DNA of 64,000 bases from positions 36,004 through 100,003 of the IMG/VR virus record IMGVR_UViG_2713897221_000004; one strand, given 5' to 3'. A model generated the notes under the pieces. That model searched no databases. It saw nothing but the letters and a program-made list of their open reading frames with translations, and was not told where the DNA came from. A program made the position numbers and the translations under genes. Shown piece by piece: positions 49,027-58,992 of this stretch. Positions within the stretch are counted from its first letter, which is position 1. Every line of letters begins with the position of its first letter. This DNA is from a virus (Duplodnaviria; Caudoviricetes).

Positions 49027-49343
49027 CGAACCTCCCGCAAAGCGAAATTGATCCAGCCCGTGCCGTCCGGGTCACGCTTGGCGATGATGTATCGTCCACC
49101 GCCATCCGCAGGCGCAAGATCGCAGACCAGCTGCTGACCTTCCTTGATGCCCGCGGCGTCACCCACACGCACAGAGAAGACAGGTTGACGAAGGCCGGTG
49201 TTGATCGTGCCGACCTTGGGCTGCTGCCACGGCACGGACATGAACCCCTTCACCGGCTCGTCGAAACCCTCGATCTCGACCTCATCACCCAGCTCTTCCA
49301 GTAGCGCAGCATCCATGCCCGCCACCTGATCGCGGAAGGCCAC
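49023..49343 (-). CDS. Head-tail joining protein
   Basis: Position, size. Confidence 0.65.
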   Translation of the reverse strand: MAFRDQVAGMDAALLEELGDEVEIEGFDEPVKGFMSVPWQQPKVGTINTGLRQPVFSVRVGDAAGIKEGQQLVCDLAPADGGGRYIIAKRDPDGTGWINFALREVR

Positions 49344-49345
49344 GG

Positions 49346-49525
49346 TCAGTCACCGCCTTCCTGAGCATCCTTCGGCAACTGGCCACGGCGAGCGATCTTA
49401 CCTTCGCTCACCAACAGATCGGCGACCTCCTTACTGGGCGGGTCGTAGACCTCACCCTGGCGGATCACCTTGGCGCCGTCCTGAAGACAGCCGTCCACCA
49501 CTACGTATTCCGTTTTCGCAGCCAT
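49346..49525 (-). CDS. Small head-associated protein
   Basis: Follows major capsid gene. Confidence 0.55.
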   Translation of the reverse strand: MAAKTEYVVVDGCLQDGAKVIRQGEVYDPPSKEVADLLVSEGKIARRGQLPKDAQEGGD

Positions 49526-49526
49526 G

Positions 49527-50558
49527 TCACACCACCTTCGCGTAGAGGAAAGCATTCGGTTCCAGCATGCCGGCCAGAGGAGCCGACTGGAGCTTCAACC
49601 AACGCACGCTCGGCTCCTGGGTGACCCAACTCTTGGGGAAGCGCGCCGCTTCGACCAGACCGCTCTCGATGGCTTCCAGATCCTGAATGGCCGCGTAGAG
49701 CATGGCGTTGCGGGTCGAGGTAGAACCCAGAATCAAGCCGCCAGCTGGAATCACCGGCTGTTCGGTATCGGCTGCGTCCAGGTACCACTCGTCGTAGACA
49801 TAAAGATCGATGCCCGGATCGTTGAGGTAGCCGAGGTAGGTCACCCCATCCGGCAGCTCCTCGGGCTTGATCATGCCCATGTCCACGCGCCGGCTGTTCA
49901 GTTGTGCCAACACCGTCTTGTTGCTCTGGAAGGCGTCCTGCGCCTCGGCGCTCAACACCGCCACGTTAGCCGATCGACCGGAGTCCTTAGCGATCAGGCG
50001 GCGCCACTGGCGCATATTGGCGATCGGGTCAGAGCCCTCGGCGTTCCAACGACCGCCGACAAGCGTGACTTTGTGGGTGTCTTCCATAAGGAAGTCGATG
50101 GTGTCATCCACACCGTCGCCGACCACCCGGATACGCCCGGTAGTCAGCGCTTGGGCGCACATCCACTCCTCGCGGCGAGTGATCTCGTCATCAAGGTCTA
50201 CCAGGTCGCGGCCGAGCAGCTCACCGGCCCGCTCAAGCGGAGTGCGTGTCGAGAATGGGTTCTCGCCCGCACCGCGCTTCAGGATCAACTCAGCGCGGGT
50301 TTCGCGCTTCGGCTGAATGTACGGCGGCTTGTAGGTCGACGAGTTGATGCCGGTACGCTGCGACACGCTCCCCGGCAGGGTCGGGTGTACGAACGGCGCC
50401 ATCTTGCGCTGGCCCTTCACGATGTCGATGGAGACCGCTTCGGTGCCGAAGGTCTCGGGAACGCCGCCGTTGAAGAAGGTGTTCATGAGGAAGCGCCGCG
50501 GCGTCACCATCTGCTCGACGGCTTCCAGCATGGTCAGGGTGTCGAAAATGTCAGTCAT
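49527..50558 (-). CDS. Major capsid protein (lambda E-like)
   Basis: MAPFVHP, RREEWMCAQAL, QSAPL. Confidence 0.9.
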   Translation of the reverse strand: MTDIFDTLTMLEAVEQMVTPRRFLMNTFFNGGVPETFGTEAVSIDIVKGQRKMAPFVHPTLPGSVSQRTGINSSTYKPPYIQPKRETRAELILKRGAGENPFSTRTPLERAGELLGRDLVDLDDEITRREEWMCAQALTTGRIRVVGDGVDDTIDFLMEDTHKVTLVGGRWNAEGSDPIANMRQWRRLIAKDSGRSANVAVLSAEAQDAFQSNKTVLAQLNSRRVDMGMIKPEELPDGVTYLGYLNDPGIDLYVYDEWYLDAADTEQPVIPAGGLILGSTSTRNAMLYAAIQDLEAIESGLVEAARFPKSWVTQEPSVRWLKLQSAPLAGMLEPNAFLYAKVV

Positions 50559-50569
50559 GGGTGCTCCGA

Positions 50570-50920
50570 TCAACGAATGAAAAGGCAGAGAGGACGCAGA
50601 GCGGCCTTCGCAGCGGCCAGGGTCAGGCCCTCGCCAAAGGTGAGTTGGCTGCCCAGCACCTGGCCGGTCAGACGGATCGGCGCGCTCTTGGCGCCGTCGG
50701 TGGTGTCGACGTCCTGATCGAGGATCACCGCGGGCGTCTGCGATCCATCCTCGGCAGCAGCCTTGCACAGCAGGTATTCACCGGTGGTGGTGACCTGGCC
50801 CAGCACCGCACCGCGGGCCAGCTTCTGGCCAGTTGCGATAACGCCGGTGTCCATCACGATGGGGAAGTCGCCCGCCGAAAGCTGGCTCGGCAGGTAGGTC
50901 TTGCGTTCGGGGTTTGCCAT
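50570..50920 (-). CDS. Head decoration protein (D-like)
   Basis: LARGAVLG, DGSQTP. Confidence 0.8.
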   Translation of the reverse strand: MANPERKTYLPSQLSAGDFPIVMDTGVIATGQKLARGAVLGQVTTTGEYLLCKAAAEDGSQTPAVILDQDVDTTDGAKSAPIRLTGQVLGSQLTFGEGLTLAAAKAALRPLCLFIR

Positions 50921-50932
50921 GTGGGGCTCCTA

Positions 50933-52153
50933 TTAGCGGCGCGAGGCGCCTGCAACGATTGCGCTGACAGCGGCCTTACGCTCACCTTCTTTGCCGCCTG
51001 CGGGTGGGGTAACGCTGGTGACGCCTTGGGCATCACCCTTGATGGCGGCCAGCGAAATGCCGCGATCCTGGGCCGCCTTGAACAGCACCAGGGCGGTGGC
51101 TTCTACAGAGCTGCCATCGTCGATGGCCGCCCCGACCTCCTTCTCGAAGCCTTTGGCGGCCAGGGCGTTGATGCCCTTGATGCGTTCACGCTCGGCGGTG
51201 GCAGCCTCGGTGCGGATCGCCGTGGTGTCAGGCTGGGCCGCCTGAGCGATCTCGATGGTGTTGGGGTCGGTGCCAGCTGCAATCGCCGTGCGCAGTTCTG
51301 CCGTGGTAGTGACGGTGGTCATGGTGTGTATCCTTGGGGAGTTGAGGGCCGGCTTGGCCAGTTCAGTAATCAGGGATTCCAGCGAGCCCACGCGATGGGC
51401 CAGGCCGTGCTTGACGGCGTCAGCACCGACGCGGATCCCGCCGTGATCGCCCATCTCGGGGACCTTCTCGGCAGCCACGCCGAGGTTGCGGGAAACCTTG
51501 CCCACGAAGACTTCGCCCAGGGCGTCGATGGTCTCGCCCAGCTTGGCGCGGCCCTCCTCGGTGTTGAGGTCCGGGCGTTTGTTGGGGGCATTGCGACTGA
51601 CGATCTGGTAACGGGTCCGCCCGCTCACCTTCTCGTTCTCGACGACCGCCTCGACGACAACACCGATGCTGCCGGCGAGACTCGCTTCGTCGATGACGAT
51701 TTCGCTGGCCGCCGAGGCGATCCAGTAGGCCGCGCTGGCCCCGATCCCGCCGATGTAGGCGACGATGCGCTTGCGCGCGCGACCGGCGTAGATCATCTCG
51801 GCCAGCTCGTTGATGCCCGACGCGACCCCGCCGGGGCTGTCGATGTTGAGTACGATCGACCTGACCTTGGGATCGTCCAGCGCTCGCTGGATGTCCGTGG
51901 CCAGGATCTGCGTGCTGGTCGCCCCGCTGATCTCGGTAAACAGGTTGGCGTAGCGGAAGATCGGCCCAACGACTGGCACCACTGCCACGCCGTTGCGCAT
52001 GGTCACCTTGCGGGTGTCCTCCAACTGCTCGCCGCGCTTGGTCGTCAGCGCCATCGGATCTCCCATGCGGTCGGAGATGGTCAGCAGGTTGTCCAGCGCG
52101 TCAGGCAGCATCAGCCAGGGCTGCGAGGCAGCCAGCTCAAGTGCTCGAGGCAT
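50933..52153 (-). CDS. S49 prohead protease/scaffold
   Basis: IDSPGG, ASAAYWIAS, GSIGV. Confidence 0.92.
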   Translation of the reverse strand: MPRALELAASQPWLMLPDALDNLLTISDRMGDPMALTTKRGEQLEDTRKVTMRNGVAVVPVVGPIFRYANLFTEISGATSTQILATDIQRALDDPKVRSIVLNIDSPGGVASGINELAEMIYAGRARKRIVAYIGGIGASAAYWIASAASEIVIDEASLAGSIGVVVEAVVENEKVSGRTRYQIVSRNAPNKRPDLNTEEGRAKLGETIDALGEVFVGKVSRNLGVAAEKVPEMGDHGGIRVGADAVKHGLAHRVGSLESLITELAKPALNSPRIHTMTTVTTTAELRTAIAAGTDPNTIEIAQAAQPDTTAIRTEAATAERERIKGINALAAKGFEKEVGAAIDDGSSVEATALVLFKAAQDRGISLAAIKGDAQGVTSVTPPAGGKEGERKAAVSAIVAGASRR

Positions 52154-52155
52154 GT

Positions 52156-53769
52156 CTATTCCTCTTCGGGTTTGGGGTCAGGCGGGGTTTCGAGCCCACT
52201 CTTGGGCAGGGCCTGCATGTTGTGTGTACGGCGATAGGTGACTTCGCGGGTTCGCTGACGAATGACCTGCTGCCAGGGCTCACCGGTCATGGCCGCCGTT
52301 TCCAGGGTCTCGTTGCTCACGCCGATCTCGATGCGCTTGCCGGCAGCGTTGGCTTCCTTGAGCTCATCGATGGCGCCACGGGCCGGACCAATCCAGATGG
52401 CTTGGCAATAGGCTTTGCGCCTGGCCGGAAGGTTGTATCCGGGCAGGTCGATCAAGCCCCGGGCCACAGCCTCATCGATGACCAGCTCGCGGCTCGGCTG
52501 GCAGAAGTCGCAGGCCAGCCACCAGCGGCGCAAGCTGTAGAAGCGCCAGGCCTGGAGCATCGCGGCACGGGCAGCGCTGTAACTGCTGCTGTAGTGCAAC
52601 AGCAGCTCTTCCAGCGGCAGTTCCAAAGCCGCGCCGATCTCCTTCACCACTGCGGTAAAGAACGGGTCGAACTGGGCGTTGGGGCGGCCGGGGTTGGCCA
52701 CCATGGGTTCCTCACCCACGCCGAGGTCCACGATGGCGCCCTCACCCAGTGCGAGCGTGCCGTCGGAGGTGTCATCACCACCGGGCTGTTCTTCCGTCAG
52801 AGCCGACATCGGCAGGTTGCCGGTGTTGAAGTCATTGCTCTTCTTGATGAACACGGTAAACATCGCCGAGATCACGGCGGCCATCAGCTCGGCGCTGCTG
52901 TAACGCTCCAGCTTCTGCAGGGGCTCCAGCACCGGCGATAGGTACGGCACGCCGCGCTTCTGCCCGGGCCGCTCCTTGTCGGCCATGACGTGCAGCACGC
53001 GACGCCGCCCAGTCTCAGCACCGAACACGGTCAACCGCTCCCAATGCAGCGCCTTACCCGCCAGATGCTCACCGGGGTAGCCGGAACACACGTGGTACGC
53101 CACAGGTGAACCCAACCCATCGAACTCGACCCCTTCCACCAGGTCCGCGCGGTCCATGCCGCCGTTCGGGTTGCCGACACGGTCGGACTCGATCAGCTGC
53201 AGCCGCGTGCTGAAGATGCAACCGGGGCGCTCTTGGTCCGGGCTGGCCACGAACACGTCTCCCGCCACCATCGACGACACCAGCACCAGGGCTTGCAGCT
53301 GATAATGGTTGAGTGTCGCTTCGGCGTCGCACTCCCTCGGGTCATCGGCATACAGCGACCACAACCGGTCGAGCTTAGCGTTGAGCTGTTCGGCCTCCTC
53401 TTCGGTCAGACCCAGCGCTTCATGGTCGACCTGGGCGCGACAGACCAGCCCCGTGCCCACGACGTTTGTGCGTAGCCGCGTGATTGCCGCGCGGGCCACC
53501 AGGTGGTTACGCATGGCATCACGGGAGCGCGCCACCAGCATGCGGCGCTCGTTCTGATTGAAGTCGCGCCGTGGGCTGCCGAGGCCAGGCAGCCAGCTGG
53601 CCATGCTGCGCAATACCCGCGACGCGCCGCGCCAACGGGTTTCAACCCCACCGCCGCCACCCTGGGCGACGATCTGTTGCCCATCGACCGAGGCCCTGGC
53701 CACGCGGATCGCTTCGGTCATCAGCTGCTCGGCAGCCGAATCGCGTTTAGTGAACGGCCACATGATCAA
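52156..53769 (-). CDS. Portal protein (lambda family)
   Basis: ARSRD, SYSAARA, IDELKEA. Confidence 0.92.
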   Translation of the reverse strand: MIMWPFTKRDSAAEQLMTEAIRVARASVDGQQIVAQGGGGGVETRWRGASRVLRSMASWLPGLGSPRRDFNQNERRMLVARSRDAMRNHLVARAAITRLRTNVVGTGLVCRAQVDHEALGLTEEEAEQLNAKLDRLWSLYADDPRECDAEATLNHYQLQALVLVSSMVAGDVFVASPDQERPGCIFSTRLQLIESDRVGNPNGGMDRADLVEGVEFDGLGSPVAYHVCSGYPGEHLAGKALHWERLTVFGAETGRRRVLHVMADKERPGQKRGVPYLSPVLEPLQKLERYSSAELMAAVISAMFTVFIKKSNDFNTGNLPMSALTEEQPGGDDTSDGTLALGEGAIVDLGVGEEPMVANPGRPNAQFDPFFTAVVKEIGAALELPLEELLLHYSSSYSAARAAMLQAWRFYSLRRWWLACDFCQPSRELVIDEAVARGLIDLPGYNLPARRKAYCQAIWIGPARGAIDELKEANAAGKRIEIGVSNETLETAAMTGEPWQQVIRQRTREVTYRRTHNMQALPKSGLETPPDPKPEEE

Positions 53770-53981
53770 ATCCCCACATAGGAAATGCGGTTGCGGCCCC
53801 GGCCCTGAAGCAGGGCCTGCTCTGCGGCGACCTCTTCGGCGTACTGTTTCTCCAGCAAGCGCAAGCTGTTGAGCTCGGCCAGCTGAACCTCGCGATCCTG
53901 CCGACGCAGCCGCTGGCCGCTCTTCAGGACACGCGAGATCGCCGCCCGGACTTCAGCAAGGCGTTGTTGTGCATCTGTCAT
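53766..53981 (-). CDS. gpW-like head completion protein
   Basis: Position between terminase and portal. Confidence 0.7.
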   Translation of the reverse strand: MTDAQQRLAEVRAAISRVLKSGQRLRRQDREVQLAELNSLRLLEKQYAEEVAAEQALLQGRGRNRISYVGI

Positions 53982-53993
53982 GGTGAACCTCGG

Positions 53994-56000
53994 TTAGCTG
54001 ACGCGGCTCCGGGTGCCCCTGCCACGCGAAACCACGCGACGAGGAATCGGCGCCACCGCCTGTTCAGTAGTGAAGAGGGTGGGCTGAAGCAGTTGCTGCT
54101 CCAACTGGTCCCATTCGTTGTCGCGCAGCAGGTGGGTCTTCAGGCTGCGGGCCGCGTGCAAGGCGTACACCTCGCAGTCCAGCGCCTCGTTGCGTCGGCC
54201 GGCCTTCTTCAGCCAGACCATCTTGCTGGGGTTGCGCGGGTGCGGCGCCAGGACCTCGTTGGTCACCTGCTCGTAGTAGTCCGCGCGGATCTCGCTGTAC
54301 CAGTGCATACGCCCTGGCCCGCTGCCCTTGAGGCGCATCCGGCCATCGATCAGCGTCTTGGCCTTGTGGGTACCGACGATGAACACGCGCAGGCCATACT
54401 TGGCGGCCTTGGTGTTGTCTTGGCTGGTGTCCGCTGACTGAGCCGGCTTGGTGAAGATTTCCCGGTCCCGGCTGTCGATGGACGCGCCCTTGATCGCCAT
54501 GATGTTGAAGCGCTGGCGATCCCGAACGTAGGTGTACACCGCATCGCTGGTGTTGCCGTCCGAGCTGTCGACGCTGACCGCCGACACGGCCAGTTGCGCA
54601 CCACTCTCGGTGGGGATCGGTGTGGCGATGATCCTGTCGAGCTCCGTCCACACCCCGTCATTCGGGTCGATCGGGTTGCCGGGCAGCTCGCCCCAGTACA
54701 ACCGCCACGACTCCTCCCCTCGCCCCCAACCAACGATGACCAGGGCGAGACGATCGCCCTGGACGTCGACGCCGACCGTGACCAGCAGCGTGCCCTTCGG
54801 GGCCGTGAATTCGGCGTAAGGCTCGGCACGTTTCTCCAGCTCGTCCGTCTTTGGCGCGTTGCTCTTGTACTCGTAGCTCTCGCCCATCGAGCTGTTGGTG
54901 AAGGCGATCATCGGGCCGATATTCCCCTGCGACGCCGCGTGTTCGGCCTGCAACTTCTTCTTCATCAGCTCTTCGAAGCGCGAGCCATGGAACGTGGCAT
55001 ACAGCTCGTTGAGGATGTAGCCAGCGATGCCGCGGAATTCGGCGGTTGCCTCCCAGCGCCCATGCTTAAGGTTGGCGTTCTTCTGGTGGTCATCCCAGAT
55101 CTCGCCGCAGTGAGGGCATGCGTAGTACGCCGTTTCCGGGCGGCGCTTGCCATACACCTCGTGAAAGTAGTGCTCGTCCTCGTCGCAGTGCAGGTGGTCG
55201 AAGCTCAGCGCATGCGCCTGGCCGCAGCCGTGGCACGGGACCAGGCCTACTCGCTTGTCCGATAGTTCCAACTCGGCATCGATCGTCGACAACCCCTTGA
55301 TGGTCGGGGTGCCGCCGATGATGATCTTCGACCGCCGGAACGTCTTGAGGCGCTCCTTGGCCAGCTTGATGCTGTCCCCCTGCCCCCGCAGGTTCAGGTT
55401 GCAGTCGTCGGGCTCTTCGATGGCGACCCGTGGTACTGGCGTCGACTTCACACTGGCCGGGCTGTTCGAGCCGACCATCTTCAGGAAGCCGCCGGGGAAC
55501 CGCTTGAAGTCCTGGCGCTGCTGCAGCTTGCGGCTACGCAGGTCAACTTTCTTACGCAGCCGCGGCGTAGCCTCGATCATCGGTTCGAGCTTCTCGCCGA
55601 CATACTGCTTGGCCGCCTCGGCCTTGGGGAACAGGATCAGGATCGGGGACGGGTCAAGATCAATCCACTTGCCGAGGGCATTGCCCAGCACGCCCGACGT
55701 CCAGGCCACCTGGGCCGACTTGCGGCCCACGATCTCGGCAACGTTCGGATCGTCCAGCGCCTCGAGCGGGCCACCGGGCCAGATCAGGTGTGGTGTCTTG
55801 TCGAACCGGTACTTGCCTGGCGTGGCTGACTCTTCGGTGGCCAGCCAGCGGAACCTGTCCGCCCACTGGATAATGGTCATGCGCGGAGGCGGCGCCCACT
55901 TGCGGCAGACCCGGCCCATTGCTTTACTCGCCGTCTTCCTCAAAGCCCTCCTCGTCGTCCGGCTCGTCAGGATCCCCAGCGAGCTCGTCATCCTCGTCAT
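53994..56000 (-). CDS. Terminase large subunit (GpA family)
   Basis: KSAQVAWT, GVDVQ, RNEALDC. Confidence 0.93.
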   Translation of the reverse strand: MTRMTSSLGILTSRTTRRALRKTASKAMGRVCRKWAPPPRMTIIQWADRFRWLATEESATPGKYRFDKTPHLIWPGGPLEALDDPNVAEIVGRKSAQVAWTSGVLGNALGKWIDLDPSPILILFPKAEAAKQYVGEKLEPMIEATPRLRKKVDLRSRKLQQRQDFKRFPGGFLKMVGSNSPASVKSTPVPRVAIEEPDDCNLNLRGQGDSIKLAKERLKTFRRSKIIIGGTPTIKGLSTIDAELELSDKRVGLVPCHGCGQAHALSFDHLHCDEDEHYFHEVYGKRRPETAYYACPHCGEIWDDHQKNANLKHGRWEATAEFRGIAGYILNELYATFHGSRFEELMKKKLQAEHAASQGNIGPMIAFTNSSMGESYEYKSNAPKTDELEKRAEPYAEFTAPKGTLLVTVGVDVQGDRLALVIVGWGRGEESWRLYWGELPGNPIDPNDGVWTELDRIIATPIPTESGAQLAVSAVSVDSSDGNTSDAVYTYVRDRQRFNIMAIKGASIDSRDREIFTKPAQSADTSQDNTKAAKYGLRVFIVGTHKAKTLIDGRMRLKGSGPGRMHWYSEIRADYYEQVTNEVLAPHPRNPSKMVWLKKAGRRNEALDCEVYALHAARSLKTHLLRDNEWDQLEQQLLQPTLFTTEQAVAPIPRRVVSRGRGTRSRVS

Positions 56001-56448
56001 ACGCGGACAACCTCCTCAGTATTGATTCGATGGGATCGCGGATCATCTGGTCGTCGACCTGCACGCCGTACTGCGCAGATAAGGTCGCGGCCAATTCATC
56101 AGGGAAGGTGTTCAGCAGCTCGATCTTGGCGGCAGTGATCACTGCCTCGAAGCGCTCGACCATGTCTGCTTCTAACACCACTTGGCCAAGCTTCTTGGCC
56201 AGTTCCACCTCCAGATCATCGCCCCGCAACCTGTCATATCTGTCCCGGACGGACTCTTTTTTTCCGTTCAACGCGGCCTGCTGCATCAGCCATTCGATCA
56301 CCGCCTGGGTGTCGTACTGGTTTTCGTTGCCACGCCCGACGCCGAACTCGATCACCGGCATGCCGCTCCTCTGCCACCGGCTCAAGGTTCGCTCGTCTCG
56401 ACCAACGATCTCGCCCAGTTCAACCTTGCTGACTGTCTTGCCCATCAC
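55924..56448 (-). CDS. Terminase small subunit (Nu1-like)
   Basis: VSKVELGEIVGRDERTLSRWQ wHTH. Confidence 0.88.
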   Translation of the reverse strand: MMGKTVSKVELGEIVGRDERTLSRWQRSGMPVIEFGVGRGNENQYDTQAVIEWLMQQAALNGKKESVRDRYDRLRGDDLEVELAKKLGQVVLEADMVERFEAVITAAKIELLNTFPDELAATLSAQYGVQVDDQMIRDPIESILRRLSAYDEDDELAGDPDEPDDEEGFEEDGE

Positions 56449-56499
56449 TAAGTCCTTGAAAAGACGGACATCCCTGCAAAAATCTCAGCTGCAGAGAAA

Positions 56500-56546
56500 C
56501 CGCGAGTCTGCGCACCCGTGTAGGGGGCGGGCCAGGGGGAGGACCC
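56500..56546 (-). other. Lambda-like cos site (cosQ + cosN)
   Basis: GGGTCCT-N23-GGTGCGCAGACT-CGCGG, same spacing as lambda. Confidence 0.75.
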
Positions 56547-56638
56547 AGAAAATCCGGCACGCCCCACCCTCACCCAGGCACGTAGCCAAACCTGCAAGTG
56601 CCTCCAGCCCGACAGTTGCAGCCAGGGTAGCCCAGCAC

Positions 56639-56944
56639 TCACACCAACCAGCTGGCAGCTCCGCACATCAGCACGAAAGCCACCCCGGCACCGGCCAGGA
56701 ATGGCCAAATAGGAGCAGGATGGGCTTTGATTTCGGAAACAGCGAGCGGAGCAACTTGATCCGCAGAGTCGAAGTCCAACACCAGGTCGTCCCGAACAAC
56801 GAAGCCGCGATCAGAAGAGCGCGCAACCATTACATCGCCCTTGTGCAGCGCCATCTCGCAACCGTAATGATGAAAGCTGTCCGCTTCGATCCGGATCGGC
56901 GAATGGCGGTCAGGAAGAAATACAGAAAAAACCTTCTGGCTCAT
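56639..56944 (-). CDS. Hypothetical with C-terminal TM
   Basis: GAGG RBS. Confidence 0.6.
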   Translation of the reverse strand: MSQKVFSVFLPDRHSPIRIEADSFHHYGCEMALHKGDVMVARSSDRGFVVRDDLVLDFDSADQVAPLAVSEIKAHPAPIWPFLAGAGVAFVLMCGAASWLV

Positions 56945-57063
56945 TGATACACCTCATTAACGAAACGCTCACCGAGATGGCGAGCTGTGAAAAATGGATT
57001 AGTCGTGATAACAAGTCCGGTTGGGAGGCGCCGCCACGACGCCTCATCAAACAGGACTTAGCA

Positions 57064-57312
57064 ATGCAGTTAGATATCTATCGCGATCAGGCGCTTGAGA
57101 AACTTCTGATCGTTGAAGAGGGCAAGGACATTCACACTTTGTCGATTGACGAGCCGACCTTTCTGAAAGGACTGGGACTAAGCCGAACCATTGACCCGGA
57201 TTTCAGTGGATTGCCCACCGGCATCGATAAAGACAAAGTGCTTGAGCAGATAAGGCTGCAGGGCTACTTCAAAACAACTCTTGTTGTCGCTCTCAGGGAG
57301 ATTGACGGCTAA
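57064..57312 (+). CDS. Hypothetical (antisense moron)
   Basis: AGGA RBS, MQLDIYRD. Confidence 0.5.
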   Translation: MQLDIYRDQALEKLLIVEEGKDIHTLSIDEPTFLKGLGLSRTIDPDFSGLPTGIDKDKVLEQIRLQGYFKTTLVVALREIDG

Positions 57313-57359
57313 CCCGAACGGGCATGGGCGAGACATACCGCCAGCGCGGTAAGATCGCC

Positions 57360-57707
57360 CTATTCCGCATCCGCCTTACCGGCCCTAGGTATTTCGCAGA
57401 CGCCCAGCCGCTTCGCAGCCCAGCGTTCGTAGAGGCCAATGGCAACATCGGCGCCAGCCATTGCTGTGAGGCATCCGATCCCGCCCGCGGCCAGGATCGA
57501 TACTCCGACGGCGTGCAACAGCATGATGGTGCCAAGCCCGCAGACCACGCAGGCCCCCGACCTCAATGCCAGGCGGCGAATCAGGGACCAGCCCCGGGCG
57601 CCCGCCTTGTCGGCTCGCCACATCTCCCCGGAAACACCGCCGACCAGTGAAAGGACAATCACCATCCAGATCGGCATATCCGCCAGCGCTTGCTGCTCGT
57701 TCGTCAT
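57360..57707 (-). CDS. Holin
   Basis: Three TM segments; start of late operon. Confidence 0.8.
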   Translation of the reverse strand: MTNEQQALADMPIWMVIVLSLVGGVSGEMWRADKAGARGWSLIRRLALRSGACVVCGLGTIMLLHAVGVSILAAGGIGCLTAMAGADVAIGLYERWAAKRLGVCEIPRAGKADAE

Positions 57708-57843
57708 TACTTCTCCCGCACCGATTTATCGGCTCGATAATTGATTGAACTATGGTTTAACCAATGGTTGGAATTTTGGTTTGTTAGAGGCAACCAGGCG
57801 CTTTAGGCTGGGATTCTTAACTCAAATCTCAGCGTGGTGAGCA

Positions 57844-58140
57844 ATGAATACAATCGATCTAGCCCAATTCGCCCTTCCGGTTGTGATTGGGTATTTTTCA
57901 GTGAGTGGCAAACGCCTCGTTGACTTGAAGGTATTTGCCGTCTGGTGCGCATTGACTGTGCTCATGTGCAGCCACATCCATAGCATCTACTTGCTGGCAA
58001 CTAACAACGAGATGGAGTTTTGGGTGCGTTACTCAGCGTTGAACATCTCTGCACTGGGAGTCTTAGTGCTCTTAGCCACTGCCCTGTTCTTCAAGAAATA
58101 CCTACGAGCCGATCTGTTGAGCAAAATGGACCAGGCATAA
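57844..58140 (+). CDS. Small membrane protein (moron)
   Basis: Three hydrophobic segments; terminator 58140-58168. Confidence 0.6.
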   Translation: MNTIDLAQFALPVVIGYFSVSGKRLVDLKVFAVWCALTVLMCSHIHSIYLLATNNEMEFWVRYSALNISALGVLVLLATALFFKKYLRADLLSKMDQA

Positions 58141-58334
58141 AAAAACCGGCCCATATGGCCGGTTTTTCATAGGCGCTTTCTGTGCCCGCACCTATCGAAG
58201 ATGGCTACTTTTTACAGGTCGATTCTCATGGCAGCAACCCCACTTTAATGCCACCCGGTGAATATGTGGGTTACACCGGGTGAACGCCTGGCGAATGTCG
58301 GTGAATATCTACCCTCGGCATTCTGTTGTTTCGG

Positions 58335-58615
58335 CGTTGCCCCATATGTCCCATACCTCAAAATCTCTATGGGACACCTGAGAGCCCCTGAATTCGGGGC
58401 TTTGCCCCATTGTCCTATCTATTTCCTCTTTCTCTCGTGTAAAGAAGAAAATCTAAAAACACGCATGCGCGCGATAGCGCGTACAGGTCGGCGCGCCGCT
58501 CATGCGGGCGGGCAGTGTTTCTGGTGGGACAATGGGACGCGCCAACAAACACAAGGCCCGCGCCTGTCCCATCATGTCAAAACACAATAGGACAACGCAG
58601 GCCAATGGGACAACA
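58335..58615. repeat. Putative origin iterons
   Basis: Multiple TGGGAC/GTCCCA direct and inverted copies downstream of the primase. Confidence 0.55.
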
Positions 58616-58637
58616 ACAGCCGAGGTCGTGCCTGGGG

Positions 58638-58980
58638 TCACGCAGCCTTCCCCATTAGCATGCCGTCGATCAGCACATGGGCTTCATGCAAGCGACGGTA
58701 GTAGGTCGGCGCACTGCACCCGCAATGCAGCATCTTCTGCGACAGGAAGCTGTCGTGATTGCAGTAGTGCTCCCACACAAGAACCGACAGCTGCGCAGGC
58801 AGATGTTTGTTCACGATCAGCTCGATATCCGCCGACTCGTCCAGCAGTACCCGACTGCCGCGAGTCCCTCGTATCAGCTCGCCCTTGCACTCCATCAGCA
58901 TGGCAATCATGTTGCCGCCACCTAGCTCCGAACCACCCTCGTGCGGGCTGTGCAGATCCTCGGCCCACAGCTTGAGCATT
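58638..58980 (-). CDS. Q-like late regulator
   Basis: LKLWA N-terminus; C-terminal HTH (TYYRRLHEAH); start uncertain. Confidence 0.6.
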
Positions 58981-58992
58981 TCGTCGATTCGC

